Shown one piece after another: positions 27,010 to 42,063 of a DNA stretch of 64,000 nucleotides (position 1 is the stretch's first letter; every line of letters begins with the position of its first letter). The notes below the pieces were generated by a model. The model was not told where the DNA came from. It did no database searches and worked only from the letters and a program-made list of their open reading frames with translations. The position numbers and the translations under genes are program-made. Origin of the DNA: Eledone cirrhosa (lineage: Eukaryota); NCBI GenBank assembly GCA_964016885.1, contig OZ024740.1, forward strand, positions 241,800,001 to 241,864,000, written 5' to 3'.

Positions 27010-27122
27010 CTATGCTTTACATTACTTTATAAATCGAATGAAATATTATCCTAGTAAATAATTGTACTGTTAAAATATTTCAGCTGATAAATAATTGAGG
27101 TGTCTCCCTATTATGTAAAATC

Positions 27123-27128
27123 TTTATA
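27123..27128 (-). promoter_or_regulatory. Candidate TATA box
   Basis: TATAAA about 115 bp upstream of the signal-peptide exon. Confidence 0.3.
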
Positions 27129-27800
27129 AATGAATTTCTTTCTAAATAAAAAAAAAATATCTCATCAACGTAATCTACACTTTCGAAAACGAAACTGCAA
27201 AATTCCATTGAACATATATATTATTAAGAAAATCACGAGGAAAAGAAAATCTGGGAAGGCTCGAGTGCTCACTAAATAATAAAATCCTACATTCTGAAAG
27301 AATGCTAGAAATGGCAGTCAAGCATGTTACCGAAAACCTACGTCATAATTTTGTTCTAGACAAATGTATTCTGTTAACGTCACAATAAATTTCGTTGCAA
27401 ATTTTAACCATTTTGATTCCCACTTTTGGGTGCAACATTTGAGACATTCTCAATAATTCAGTGTCAACCGTGACAAATTATTAAACTGGATGGGATACTG
27501 GAATAGATCCTTCAGATCGGGAGAATCTGACCATACCGAGACGTATGACACCCCAATGTTTAGCAAGGTATAATACTTTCAGTTTGATAGCATTAAACTG
27601 CCAAGTAGTAAATATCCATCTAGGTAGGATGATATTTCTTTTCCAGACAGTTTGCCCAGACGTTAAGTTCAATGAATGTTATAAACAACATTATTACTGA
27701 GAATATATCGATTAAACATTAGTTTAACACTTAATGTTTTGAAACTAGTATAATAAAACAAAACACGATACCTATATGTAAATCTGACCACGACGCCTAG

Positions 27801-27888
27801 CGGTTTCGGCTTGTATGTAGCAAGCCTTTTCAAAAGTATACACTTTTATACCACCAAGAAGGCTTGCTACATACAAGCCGAAACCGTT
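27801..27888. repeat. Short fold-back with HHR-like stem II and GAAA
   Basis: cggtttcggcttgtatgtagcaagcctt / aaggcttgctacatacaagccgaaaccg. Confidence 0.5.
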
Positions 27889-28002
27889 TGGTTTCGCTGT
27901 TGGGTTATATCTTCCTTTATAACAACTCTGCTTCTTCCCATGAATTGAGTACTACTCTGATTTGTGATCTCCCCCATTTTGGCAACGGAGTCTTTCAATA
28001 TA

Positions 28003-28060
<58 letters not shown>

Positions 28061-31000
28061 CTCATAGTAGAACGAATGTGACAATAGTAATAGCATGCTA
28101 TGATACCAACTCGCGACTGCTATGATACCAACTCGATGCAAACCTAATTCGATATTTGATATTTTATACAGCTAATGTTACATGTATTTTTAATTTCGGT
28201 GCGAATGAATCTATATTAACGCCTATATTTTCGTAACGTGTGTGGTCTTCAGAAGAATAAAACTGTACTTAATGTTAGACCTATTAGATTTGAATGTGCA
28301 TATGAAAGAAACTGAGTTGACATTTACATATACTTTCATCTGGTTTATGTTGAAGCCAAAGTCATCTATATTTTTTAATTAGTGTAAAATAATGTTACGC
28401 TGATTAAAATGAAAGGGAACTAGAATAGTTTATTCAAAGTTTTTAGATAATGTTGTAATATAATCTGCTTTATATCATATCTAAACCTTTTTCTTACGTA
28501 CGTATATCTAGATTATGCGTAACCTATTTCTGTTTTGCAATAGGCGTGGGAGTCTTAAACAGCCTTATTCGTAATTTTCGTCTAGATATTCTGTAAGCTG
28601 CTTCAAATCAAATGTCCTTTCGAATCCACAGCATTTCAATTGGGACTCTGCTATCTTTCGTAATATATATAATCGAAAAATAACGACCATTTTACACAAA
28701 ATACATGGAAAATAACCTTTAACTAAAATATTCTCTCATGAAAAATTCTTACACATACAGTCTGTACCGATATCACCATAACAACTTCAAGGGTGCTTGC
28801 CAAAATAAATGGGTTTTATTTCTAAACATTGCATTAGAAAAAGCTTGAATTCGTCTTGTATAAGAATACTGAAACGGTAAATTACATTTTTCAGCAAGAC
28901 TGATAAACTTTTGATTTTGAATGTGTAATTAATAAATATTTGATAATTTCATTTTTTTAGCTTTGGAATCACAATCATATCGGCTTTTCCACCCGCCCAT
29001 TCAGCTTTACGACAGTGGTCTCTAATCCGCTTAAATAGCTAGTTTGGACTTTCAACAAAACAACTTTATTCTCCCTGCTATATCCTCGACTAACGCAAAA
29101 CAATATGAAAAACAAAGAAAATGAATTTTCATTATCTTCAAACATGTTCCTAAATAGATATTTTACTAACTTCAGGTCTCGATTAGAAGCACTAATTACA
29201 ATAATTTCAATCCATCTACAAAGGCATATATGATCTAGCCAACAAGGAAACATCCCTACATATTCATTTGATTTTCAAGAATCTCGCTCGAGTCACATTA
29301 TACCATCTTAAAATTAAAAGAAAAAGGATACATTGAATGATGTAGTGATTGATGCACAAAAAGAAGGAATGGTTATAACTGGAATGACTTTCATCGTGTA
29401 TTTGATCAATCAAGACTAACCTGGAGCTACAAAATATTACCAAACTGATATGATGGTTTTATTTACTTCCTTTCGTATCGAGGAAATGCATAAAACAAAT
29501 ATTCATTTACGTCTTCTTTTGATCTCACAGTTTTTCTTTACTATAATCTATTTTCGTCAATTACTTATAAGGAATGTAACTGCTTATTATTTCAATTTAA
29601 TGATCGAAATATGACTTAATTATAAATAATTTGCTAATAAGGAACAAGAAGAAAATTGGAGTGAGGAAAAGAAACAAACAAATAAATAAAGAATGAAAAA
29701 AGGAAGCAAGAAAGGATAAACATTAAATGAAATAGATAATTTAGAATAGAAATGAACAGTATGTTTTAGTATGGGATATTGGAATTTAACAGGATTCATA
29801 TTGCAAGGAGGGAAATGTAAACCATAATAGACATTTAGTAAGGTTGTAATTAATTCTTGCGTTTGGTATCAATGGAATATCCGCTTCAGAAACTGGTGAT
29901 TCCATGCAACCATTCTGAAAGATATAAGAATAAGTTAGCATTACCCGGTTCTTCACTGGCTTCTGTGTCAATCCAATCACTTTTTTCAGTTACTGTTCAA
30001 TAGAAACAAAAATTTACTTCCAGAATTAACACATCAATAGAAGAGTGAATAATATATATATCGTGTGTGTTGTGAGAAACCATTGGTCGTGTATAAGTTG
30101 CCTGACCTAAAGTGTTATAAAATATTGCTAAATAATATAACGATTATTATTGATGTTGTAGTTATTCGGTTTTAATTGTTATTGATCTTGTTGCAGTTAT
30201 TTTTATTTTCAATGCTGTATTTTTAAAAGTCGTTATCATCATCATCATCATCATCATCATTGTCAACAACATAAATGTCTAGATATCTAGTTAGATATGA
30301 GGTTACGGTTAATTGGTAGTTTGTCATATTTACAAGACTATTTTCATTTCATTTCAAATGTTACCTTTAGTAATTAATTTTCATGAAGTGCTATTACAGT
30401 CGAACAATTTGACCCACCATTTTTTCTGGTATTTACTTTTATCGGATACAGACGAAAAGAAAAGGAAAGGAGTCGATCATCAGATCTGACTAAGGAAACT
30501 GTTTCTATTGATTTTTTTCATTGCTGATATTATCTATCGTTAGCAATTTTAAATGGGGATATAATGGAAAAGAAAAGTATCTCCTGGCAGTATTTGAACT
30601 AAGAGCGTGGAGAAGCTTGATAAATAATCTTAGCCCATTAATACGTTACCTAATCATTTTTGCCAACATAACGTTCTTTTAATGAAGAAGATAATGTCGA
30701 CTACTCCCCATTTTTTATATCGATAACAAATTAATTCAGCTGTGGTAGGAAGAATATTTAGAAGCAAAAGTTATGTGATATTAAACTGCCAGCCTATATT
30801 TCTTGAGTTCCATTCCACATCTTTTTTGTTGCTTCGGAAAGTAACTTAATTCTTATTATACTTAGAAGTAGTTACCAAAACGATTTTGTGTCTCTCCTGA
30901 GATTCACAAGTATCGAATCCATGAGTCATATACCTATAATATCATCCAGTCTGAAAACGAAGATAAATATATGACTCCTGTATTGATTGGCGATAAGCTG

Positions 31001-32042
31001 AGAGGATCTATAAAAATTTGGAAATCCTCTTCATTTACATGTACTTTGTGTTTCGCTTATAAAACCATTAATAAATGAAATGATATAGTAGAAAGCTGCC
31101 TGATATCAGCGGTGGTTTAGTGCCGGAATAACAGCTATAACAAGTACAGCCACATTACGGAGTTTTTATTTGAAATAACACATATCAAAACATTACAGAT
31201 AAACATTAAAATCCTTATACAATTCTATTGTCAATAACATTAAAAAAGCATTAGAGTTAAAGAATATTTTCATTGGTTAACATTAGAACCTTGTTAGTAA
31301 TAGGTCGTTGAAAGGCTATTAAAATTGTTAACAACAGCGTCTAATTTATGTTTTGTTAAATAGAAATTTGGATTTTTTTCAAAAAGGTTTTACCAACATT
31401 CTTTGATATGGTTTCATACTTGAAGACATTTTGTTGGAATGTTAATTAGCTTAAGTTTATTTCAAATAGGTTAACGTTTGCACGAAATCATACAGAAAAT
31501 TATAGCAAAATATAAAATAATAGATATTTCTGATAGAAGGTAAATAAAAATACAAGTGACCTAAATTGTAAATAAAAATACTGGCTTAATCATTATACAT
31601 ATATATATGAATACACAAACACACACACACACACATATATATGTGTGTGTTTGTGTGTGTGTGTGTACAGAGAAAGAGAGTGTGAAGAGAGAGATACGAT
31701 CCCGCCATTAACTATTCAGATCTTTTTAAATTAATCTATGGTGTCTTCTGGTGTTTTGGTGACCCCTGCATTTTTAATTAGAATAGGTTTTGTTAGCTAG
31801 AAACTGCAATCATTATCAGGATTTCTTCTTTATTTAAAGTGGGGATACTTTGTGAAGCAGATCACGCAAATATTCTATCTTGACAATATTCTACAATCAA
31901 TGAAGTGCAAATGAACTATTGCTACCTCTCTTCTGGTTTTTCTCTAATCTAGGAGTGAACAGCCAAACATCATATTTATTCATAGCTTCAGTAGCTAACA
32001 TTTGTGGTATAAAAAGTGGCGGAGACAAAGCTTCTTACTGAT

Positions 32043-32315
32043 TACCGTTTCAAATTATGTGGTATCACCGAACATATCGAGGCAAATCTATTTCTAACGT
32101 GGGCATTTTGAAGTTGGGATAAGCGGGAGTTATTCGTACTTACATGTAAACGTGTTTGGCTGAGTGAGCATTTGTTTCCACCGTTTCAAATTATGTGGGA
32201 TCACCGAACATATCGAGGCAAACCTATTTCTAACGTCGGCATTTTGAAATTGGGATAAGCGGGAGTTATTTGAATTTACATGTAAACGTGTCTGACTGAG
32301 TGAGCATTTGTTTCC
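32043..32315. repeat. Tandem duplication, unit about 136 bp
   Basis: accgtttcaaattatgtgg...gagcatttgtttcc occurs twice. Confidence 0.8.
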
Positions 32316-33099
32316 GAGTATTTGAATCATAAATTCATATTGAGAATGTGGCCAGATTATTTCGAAGAAATGAACGTTGTGGTTTAGGAGGAAACATACC
32401 ATAAAGGCTAATCTGTCACTCATTCTTTTCATTTCTGTTCATATAAGGTGTTTCTTTTCACCCAATTTGCTAATGCCCTTAGGAAAGGCATAAACGTGGT
32501 ATCATGTTATTACAGGTTCATGAATATTTCTGATTAGCTCCGACTCTAAATAAACAGTTGCACAATATAACAAAAGGATCCCAAATCTTGTATACTTAAA
32601 CCCTATTTAGTAAGACAAATGTCGGTGATTTTTAGACACTGTTGGTGTCATGGTCGTATAAGACGTGTTTCTATATTGTTGTTAATAATTTCAAATTAAT
32701 TACATACATATATATAATGAACAGACACAACACTATGAAGATTGTTTTAGTTTTGAAAATATTTAGACAGGTTTGTTATAGATAAACTTTGGTGATCTGA
32801 CGTTAATCATTATTAAATATTAGTATTAAATGTTACAAGAAAAATATCGATTAATAAACTGCAATTCGATATAAGTAACAACTATTGCCACAAACAAATA
32901 CAAATTATACATATTATAAGTCAATAAATTGTCAATTAGAAGCTACGAGTTTTAATATAAGCTAGATTAAAGAATTCATCAAAATAACACTCACTGACAG
33001 AACCTTAAATAAAAAATACGAATATGAATAACGAATGAATGAAGTGTAAGGAAACTGTAGAATAGTTTTCGCATTAGGTTAACTAATAACTTTTCAGTC

Positions 33100-33430
33100 A
33101 GGTGAAATGTGTCCGAACACGGAAGAGCCGAACTTCCACTGTGATTGCCTCCATCTCTGTCGCTCACCTCATCTCTCTGTATTGTGAGCAAGTAGGGGTC
33201 CACGTGCTGGCTGCCCCACAGCTCCGGCGGACAGAATGGAGAAGGCGTTTCTCCGGAGGATGGTAAGAGAGATGCGTTGGAAGAACCATTCCATCTCACG
33301 AGGCTCACACCTGCTGCTGGCCAGCTCAGTGCTTATGATTGTGAGTAGGGAGGTAACCCTAGGGCTAAGGACACCAGAGGTCTCCACTTCCATGGGGCAC
33401 GACTACAAACCTGTCTGAGAGCGACCGCTA
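33100..33430 (-). mobile_element. CRE-clade-like non-LTR retrotransposon 3' fragment (restriction-like endonuclease end)
   Basis: PMEVETSGVLS...FFQRISLTILRRNAFSIL resembles the ET.G...QRIS.AIQRGNA.SI C-terminal motif of CRE elements. Confidence 0.6.
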
Positions 33431-33819
33431 TCTATTTTCTGGGGTGTGTTACTGTCATTTTCAAATAAATCATATAATCATTAGCCTGTTTTTAACTGTA
33501 GGAAGCTCACCATTATATTCATACCCACGTAGCATTTCTTGGAGTTAATTCCCCACAATTTCTCACAAAACAAGGTGTGGAAAATGTTTAGTAGAAGAAA
33601 TATAATAGTCGGTGTGTCAACTCCCTGAAGAATATCTTTAAAACGTGCTAGAAGATAGAAAGCTAATAATATAGTTAACATCTGGGAAATATGTATATCG
33701 AAGATAAAGAAGGAAATGCATATATATATATATTTATTAAAATAACAGATTAAAGTTTAAGTAAAGAATCGGTGCTTTCGCCCTTAACGAGCCTCTTTGG
33801 ATTTTAGTCTACACATTTT

Positions 33820-33872
<53 letters not shown>

Positions 33873-33949
33873 TGGATTTAGCTTCAGATATGTATAGAAA
33901 TGTCGTATTTTTAAAGAAAGACGGTATGTTTACAAGTTAAACATTTAGG

Positions 33950-34920
33950 AAGCCGTAGTTATGCAAAAAGCACCGGGGCTGACGCCCTCTGGTGGTGTCC
34001 AGCAGAAGCAAGGGGAACAACCGTCGATGTGTTTCAGACTTAACTGGTCTTCACCAGGACGATCCCTCCCACGCTTTGAGATATTGGCTGGAGTGCTCCA
34101 GGGTGATACATATACAAACATACATATATATATATACATATGCATATATACATATACATATGCATATATATATGTGTGTGTGTGCGTGTGTGTGTGTGTA
34201 TGCATATGTGTATGTATATATGTGTGTATATGTATCGCCCTGGAGCACTCCAGCCAATATCTCAAAGAAGTCGGTCAGCCTTGAATTTGCTGACGACATA
34301 GATCTGGTGACAAACACAGTGTAGGAGGTTGAGGAGTTGATGCGAGAGGGGGTAACTTTGAAATGTGGGGCTGAGAATGAATGAGAGTAAGACGAAGTAT
34401 CTGTTATAGAACATCAAGGAGCCAGAGAAGATTATGAATATGGGCGGGAAGCCGCTAGTGTTGGTTGAGGACTTCCTGTATCTGTGAGAAAAGATTAGGA
34501 ACACAGAGGAGGATGTAGTGAAGGGGAAGAGCAAAGCGTGGGCGGCGTTTCACAGTTTGAGATCAGCATGGCAGTCGAACTTTCATAAAGACCTGAAGAT
34601 CTGTCTCTTCATCTCTTACCAAGAGATTCACTCAGATGGTGGATGGGTGCTGCACGGTTGAGGATGGCTCTGAACATGAATCAGTACGCACTGAGAATGA
34701 AGAACTGAGAGCTGTACAAGAACCTCCCCAAAGTCGCCTGAAGGTGACACATAGGCGACTGAGGTTAGTTAGACATGCTCACCGACATTCAGAGCTGTTA
34801 TTGCACTCAGTGGTCCTGTGGTCCTGGAAGAAGGAGACCAAGGATGATATATGTTGATGCCCTAAAGTCAGATACAGCTGGAGAGAACTCGTCCATGGTT
34901 CTCGGGAATTTTACCGCGCT
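33950..34920 (+). mobile_element. Decayed RTE-like LINE fragment interrupted by a microsatellite with a small inversion
   Basis: [30 protein letters not shown] and GRRRPRM.YVD; 34075-34110 is inverted at 34232-34266. Confidence 0.7.
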
Positions 34921-34959
34921 ACATTTACACATACCCACTCACACACACACACACACACA

Positions 34960-35028
<69 letters not shown>

Positions 35029-35029
<1 letters not shown>

Positions 35030-35160
35030 ACGGAAGAAATGTGGTAAGGAACCAGGTGGACCATAACGCACCAAAGTACTCAATACTTAGGGTAGTAGAG
35101 TGGGTAAGAATTAGCCGTCGAAACGGCTTGAGCTCAGCCGTCGAGGTCCTACTCGTTCCT
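35029..35160. mobile_element. Family P element (two inverted pieces) in (TA)n
   Basis: Matches 50410-50600 with an internal deletion. Confidence 0.75.
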
Positions 35161-36179
35161 ATATATATATATATAACATGTATCTCTCTCTTTCTCTCTC
35201 TCTCACTATATATATATATATGAAAAAAATTAAATATACTTTTTAGAATATCACTAAAAATGTGTTATGAGCATTATTTTACTAGATGCATACATGCAAA
35301 GTTGATTGTGAATCATGCTGTAAAGAAATATATCTATTCCGTGCCTAATGATAGCACTTTGTTTAAAACTCTGTGAATCTTTAGGAGTGGTTGTTTTAAA
35401 AACCCAAATAGTGAAACCTTCAACATGTAACAATACATAGAGGATTCTTTCGGTTAGGATTAGAAATTGTGTGAGTATTATAAATCTATTTAACTTTGAT
35501 AACGATATAGATGCTTTTCATTTAAACAGGAAGTAATGATAATTGAAGCTAGAATGAAAACAAAAACAACAATTAAGAATAAAAGTATATAGTTCAAAAT
35601 CAATTTGTTAAAATTCTTAACTAAACGTGAACATGGAATATGTGTATAAATCTGCAGATACCTGTGTGTCCATACGTATTTAATACGTTGTAGTTACTTC
35701 TTACCTGTGTTATATATATATATATATATATAAACATTTCAAATACAGATTGTTAAAAAAAAACATCAAAATATTAAGGTCACATATAATCTTTTATTAC
35801 GGTCAGTTTCCGACTTTTATTAAACGTTGTAAGGGGTATAATTAATTATATATAAATAATGCAGGTTCGCTATTTGCCTTGTGCAATTGTAAATACATAA
35901 CATGGAAGAATTAGAAAATATTTAAATATGTGAAGCATAAAATATTATGCCTTAATTTTGAAGTTAAGATATTTCTAATTGACAAAGGGAATTAACTCAC
36001 CACGTAAACTATTCCTATATAATGAGGTATGCTCCTTACGACCTTTAATGTCTAAATGTGATTTCGAAACATTTGCATAATAACAAACAATATGTAACCC
36101 TCTACTTTGGAGAATAGTTTACTGAATATAACAAATATGATAACGGGAAAATGTTTGCAGCCGTGAAGAGTGGTACATA

Positions 36180-36207
36180 AATGTGTGTGTGTGTGTGTAT
36201 GTGTGTC

Positions 36208-36305
<98 letters not shown>

Positions 36306-36306
36306 A

Positions 36307-36363
<57 letters not shown>

Positions 36364-36364
36364 C

Positions 36365-36431
<67 letters not shown>

Positions 36432-36494
36432 CGTATATATATATATGTACGTATATATATATATGTATGTACGTATATATATATATGTATGTAC

Positions 36495-36530
<36 letters not shown>
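36180..36530. repeat. Compound (TG)n/(TA)n microsatellite
   Basis: Direct reading. Confidence 0.95.
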
Positions 36531-36533
<3 letters not shown>

Positions 36534-36590
36534 GAAGTTAAACGATGGTTAAAAACGTTTTGTGATTTTAGGCCTCATATCATGTTACCT

Positions 36591-36660
36591 TATTTTATCT
36601 GATGAGAACACAATTTTTGTCCCAGGATGATGTTGTTTTCGAAATGCGCATAATAAAATA
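36591..36660 (+). ncRNA. Minimal type-I hammerhead ribozyme inside fold-back element 36530-36700
   Basis: tattttat-CTGATGA-gaacacaa..ttgttttc-GAAA-tgcgca-TA-ataaaata; perfect 8-bp stem I; G-C pair closes stem II. Confidence 0.85.
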
Positions 36661-37107
36661 TATGGAACTTTTTTAACCATCTTTTAATTTCTTCTTTATA
36701 TATACTCCAGTTATACAACTGTCGAGTGCTACTTATCTGATATATGCATAGTTTTATTGTTCTACAATATTACTCACCTCCTACATATGTATATATGTAT
36801 AATCAAAGACCGAGTAAACTGACGGGGTTGAATGGTTATTGGCATATATACATATATATATTGACACCCCACCATATATATATATATATATATATGGTGG
36901 GAGAAAGAGAGAGAGAGGGGTGTGGTGGCGGGCTTAATCAATACGATACGGAAGTAGTTTTAATATTCATTTTATTAAGGCTGAATTGTGAGTTTTGTTA
37001 TTCTGAAGTCTCACCTGATTCTCAGAGAGCCATCAGATAAGAACTTCTCTGATGACCCTGTGATAAACAGACGCAGTTCAAGAGTAACAAGATTCACTGT
37101 TCAACCT

Positions 37108-37172
<65 letters not shown>

Positions 37173-37480
37173 GGAAAAAATGAAACGAAATTTCATTTCC
37201 CACTCTTTGTACGGCTCTTACTTAAATATAAGTATGTACACATACATACATATATATATACAGACGTACAGTAGTATGTATATACATACTACTGTACGTC
37301 TGTATACATATATGTATGTACGTGTACATACTTATATATATATATATATAAGGAAAAGAAATTGAAAATGCAGTTGGAGACTTTTAAGAATATTTATTTG
37401 TATACTTTACCGGTTTCACAGTGCTTATGCCTTTTAAAGGTAAAATTGAGATGGAAGGTTTGTGTTTCTGTTGTGGTTTG

Positions 37481-37552
<72 letters not shown>

Positions 37553-37690
37553 ATATATATAATTTATACGATATTGAAATAAAATATCATGCAGTTTGCA
37601 CACACCGAGGAAAAAGAAATAATTATACATACAGGTATAATAAATATAAACATTTAGTGCATTACATAAATAAATTAAAATCTAATGTAT

Positions 37691-37774
<84 letters not shown>

Positions 37775-38638
37775 AATATACCTCCTCTGCTAGTCACCCT
37801 CTCTAGGCTAGCCTCTCCCTCACACTTTCATTCACTCACTCACTGCAATCACCCTCTCTCTCACTTCCTCCATCGTCCCACATCGTGCGAAATTCTTTCC
37901 TCGCTTACGTTTCGCACGGTTAAGATGTGTCTTTCGTCTTCTCGTCAATATTCGCAAGTTCTTATGTTCAAATGAATCATTGACTTGATTTTCTCATTGT
38001 TTCATCTCTTTACGTTGCCTCACCATTCGTGTGTATTCTTTACCAGTCTCTCTTTCTCCACCCAATTCTTTTTATCCCAATAACTTATTTTAGTTATTGT
38101 TTACGCTAGCCTGAGGTACCTGGTCTTTAATGCGAAGAAATACCTATGATGGCTAGTAGACCACTGGTGATGGATAGTCCTGGCTTCTATTTCTAATTCT
38201 TCATTTTTATTTATATATATATTTATATATATATATATATACATACATATGTATATATAGATATCTATATATATATCTATATATACACACACACATTCAC
38301 GCATATATATATATATATATGTGTGTGTGTGTATGTGTGTATATGTATATTTAAAAAGAATAAAGGGGAAGAGTACAACAGAGGAAAGAGAGAGAGAAAG
38401 AAAGAGAGAGAGAGAATAATAAAAATAGAGAAGGTGATAGAAAAACAGAAAGAAAGAGATAGTAAGTGATATTATGTGCACGAAAATATCATGCCGGTGA
38501 AATATATTGCTAAATTCGAAAATGGGAAAAGAAAGTTACCATTAATGATTTCGGGTTCGAAACCTGATGAAGATCCAGAACCTACTGTATAACAAAGATG
38601 AAGAAAACATGTACGAATTGATGTTGTGTGCATATATA

Positions 38639-39301
38639 TCGTATTTTTCGGAATATAAGACGCACCGGAATATAGGACGCATTCTAAATTTAACAGGAAT
38701 ATCCAGGAAAAATAAAATTAAGGTGAATTAACACTATTAACGCTATTAAAATTTCAATCGCTTTAAAATCTTATAAAATCATGACTACTGTCATCCTCAT
38801 TGATTTCTTGGCTGTCTCCCTCACCTATCTCCTGAGATTCATCATCTTCCTCACATACCTCAGAGTCATCCCTGTTTTCAGAATCACTTGCAACACGAAC
38901 AATTAGGGCGAGGGTATAAATGCCAGGTTGGTATCTGGCGCCGGGTAACCGACCACATGGAGGAGAAAGCACCTTCTTCAGGACTTGGCTGTCTCCCTCA
39001 CCTAGCTCCTGAGATTCAGCATCTTCCTCACATACCTCAGAGTCATCACTGTTTTCAGAATCACTTCTGTCGCTATCATTATACAGAAAATCATCTTCGG
39101 TGCCATCTATGGAATTGCTGATGCTACATTTTTTGAAAGCTTTTATAACTGTCTCGGTTTTCGCAGCGCTCCAACTTTTAAATTATAGATTTTTACATAC
39201 GGTAATTACTCCAAACCTGACCTTCGCCTTATAAAATGCACAGTGATTTTGAGGGTCCAAATTTGGGGGAAAAAAGTGCGTCTTATATTCCGAAAAGTAG
39301 G

Positions 39302-39302
<1 letters not shown>
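38639..39302 (-). mobile_element. Internally deleted pogo/Tc2-like DNA transposon
   Basis: TIRs cgtatttttcggaatataagacgcac / gtgcgtcttatattccgaaaagtagg with TA flanks; minus strand encodes W..KTETVIKAFKKCSISNSIDGTEDD plus an acidic tail; internal duplication of about 85 bp. Confidence 0.8.
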
Positions 39303-39386
<84 letters not shown>

Positions 39387-41089
39387 CACTTATGTGTGTG
39401 TGTGTGTATGTGTGTGTTTGTGATTGTTTGCATATATATTCAGGATTACAATTAATTATTATTTTATCATACATTCATCAATTTAGTACGTGATATATAT
39501 TTATGTGTGTATTGTCTGATGCGGCCTCAAATTTCTATTTCATATAATGCAGTTACTGAAGATTTTAATAGTAAACAACAGAAAGTTTACTGGAATTACA
39601 ATAGATATTATTAGGAATGTACATGTTATTTATACTAATTTGTTCAGTGTATATTCCCCATCAAGTTTAGTTAAACATATTAAAACGAGAACAGTCTTAC
39701 ATTTCTGTTTCCAAGTAACCATTAGTAGACTAGAAATTGCAAGTTCATCACATTATGAAAGCTTCACATTAATTTGTCATAAAAAGGTGTTTTCATAAAA
39801 GGGCTTTTGCATATTTTTATGGTCTAACGATTAGCACCAATGTTCTTTTGCATGACTCCCGAGACTTGAGAAAGGAAATGTAGGAATTGTACCCAGCGTT
39901 TATGTTTGGACCAGGAACCTAAATTAAGTCGTCACCCTGAGCCTCATGACAGATTAGGCCTATTACTCAAGAACAGGTACAGTCCATCTTAAATTATTTC
40001 ACACAGTTTCTATCTACCGAATTCCATTAGTATGGTTTACCCAAGGCTGCCGAAAATATTGTGCATTGAGATCAAACCCATCTCCGCACTGTGTGAACGG
40101 CGTTAATCACAGGAGCATGCATGCACCGAATATCATAATGCTAATTGTACAAAAACTACATAACGATATAAAAACTGCATTAGTGTTATAAGATTCTTTG
40201 AAAAAGATGTTAATTGAAGCACTTGGTTAATAGAAGGAGTGTTTCCCAGTATTTATTAAGTTTATTAAGTCCAGTGTAAATCCAGCGTGGCTTCTTCGCT
40301 GACTCGTCTAAAATATCTTAAAACCACTGGTGTATTTTAGTTTGTCTAATTATGAAGGCATATTGTACATCATGGATGCTGGGCTGATCGTTGTATATAA
40401 TAACCACAACTTAAAACAATGGGACCAATATTGTAGTACTCAATCTTTAGGCATGTTGTCCTGTTTCGACTAGCATCAATTGTATATTTTCCTCTTGATG
40501 ATTTAATATTTCACCGGTTTTAACAGTGCCACCCAACCATGGGTTAGTGAAAAGCACAGTAGCATGTATTCGAAGAAGATACATGGTTTGAAGGTAGCTA
40601 CCTTCTTTCCTTTTACCAATCACGCAAGCTCTCCTTTGATTAAGCCACAATTAAAATACATAAAATAAAAGTAATAATTCCCAAATTCGATAATTCCTTT
40701 GATATATGTAGTATTTTTGTTATATTTTCGACTCGATTATTTTCGGTATGGTAATGTATTTTTATATTTATTTTTATAGACGATGGCAGCAAATTTATTT
40801 TTGCCGTTGTGTGCCGTTGAGTGGTTGTAATTATGCGTTGTGTGGTTTCAACCTCCAAAATAACTAAAAGCACAACGTATCAAAGTTTCATTTCTGTGGT
40901 GTATATAATCAAATGCTAAGTGTATATTTAATTTCAATATGCATTAGCATATTGAAGTTAAATATACGTAAAGGTGATAAAATATATATTGAATTGTGAC
41001 AAACGTGAATGACAAATAAAACTTGAAAACGCAATCAGATATCTAAATAAATATATGTTCAGTTTAGAAACAAATATAATGTAATAAAA

Positions 41090-41091
41090 TA

Positions 41092-41178
<87 letters not shown>

Positions 41179-41427
41179 TATATATACACATATATATGTA
41201 TATGTATATATATGTGTATATATATGGAGAGATAGTGAGATGGAGGAAGAGACAGAATTATTATAGGAAAGAAGATGCAATTTCTACACACACCAATCAA
41301 ATAAAAACTATTCACTGTCTGGAAATAGAATATGTATATATATATATATATATACATGTATATATATATATATATATACATGTATGTATGTATGTATGCA
41401 TGTATATATATATATGTATATATATAA

Positions 41428-41467
<40 letters not shown>

Positions 41468-41715
41468 ATATATATACATGTATGTATGTATGCATGTATG
41501 TATGTTTGTATGTATGTATATATAGTTAAATTTAGAAAATAATGTATGTATGTATGCATGTATATATATATGTATGTATGTATGCATGTATATATATATA
41601 TGTATATATATACATGTATATATATATATATATACATGTATGTATGTATGCATGTATGTATGCATGTATGTATGTTTGTATGTATGTATATATAGTTAAA
41701 TTTAGAAAATAATGT
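41090..41715. repeat. Compound TA/TATG microsatellite with a duplication of about 170 bp
   Basis: gttaaatttagaaaataatg repeats at 41525 and 41695. Confidence 0.85.
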
Positions 41716-42027
41716 GCTTATTAAAAAAACATGCATTTTAAAGTAGGGCTAAAGAAGTAAAGATGTAAGAGCGAAAAGAAGGTTACCATCAATGATTTCA
41801 TAACTGAAATTTGATGCTGATCCAGAACCTGATACTGTACAACAAAAAATAATAAAATGTATGCATTAATAATAAATTCTGATTTAGGCACAAGGTCAAC
41901 ATTTTGGGGAGACACAAGGTCAACATTTTAAAATCGACTCCGTAAGGACGATGTGTTAATAATGAAAAATAATTAACGTGGATATATATATACACAGAGA
42001 TAGATAGATGGATAGATAGATAGATAG

Positions 42028-42063
<36 letters not shown>

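Noticed and set aside
36975-37110. Diverged fold-back with CTGATGA at about 37048
   Set aside because: No GAAA box; probably a decayed member but not callable as an HHR.
33770-37440. Weak HHR-like remnants on minus strand near 33775-33810 and 37400-37440
   Set aside because: Too many core mismatches to distinguish from chance.
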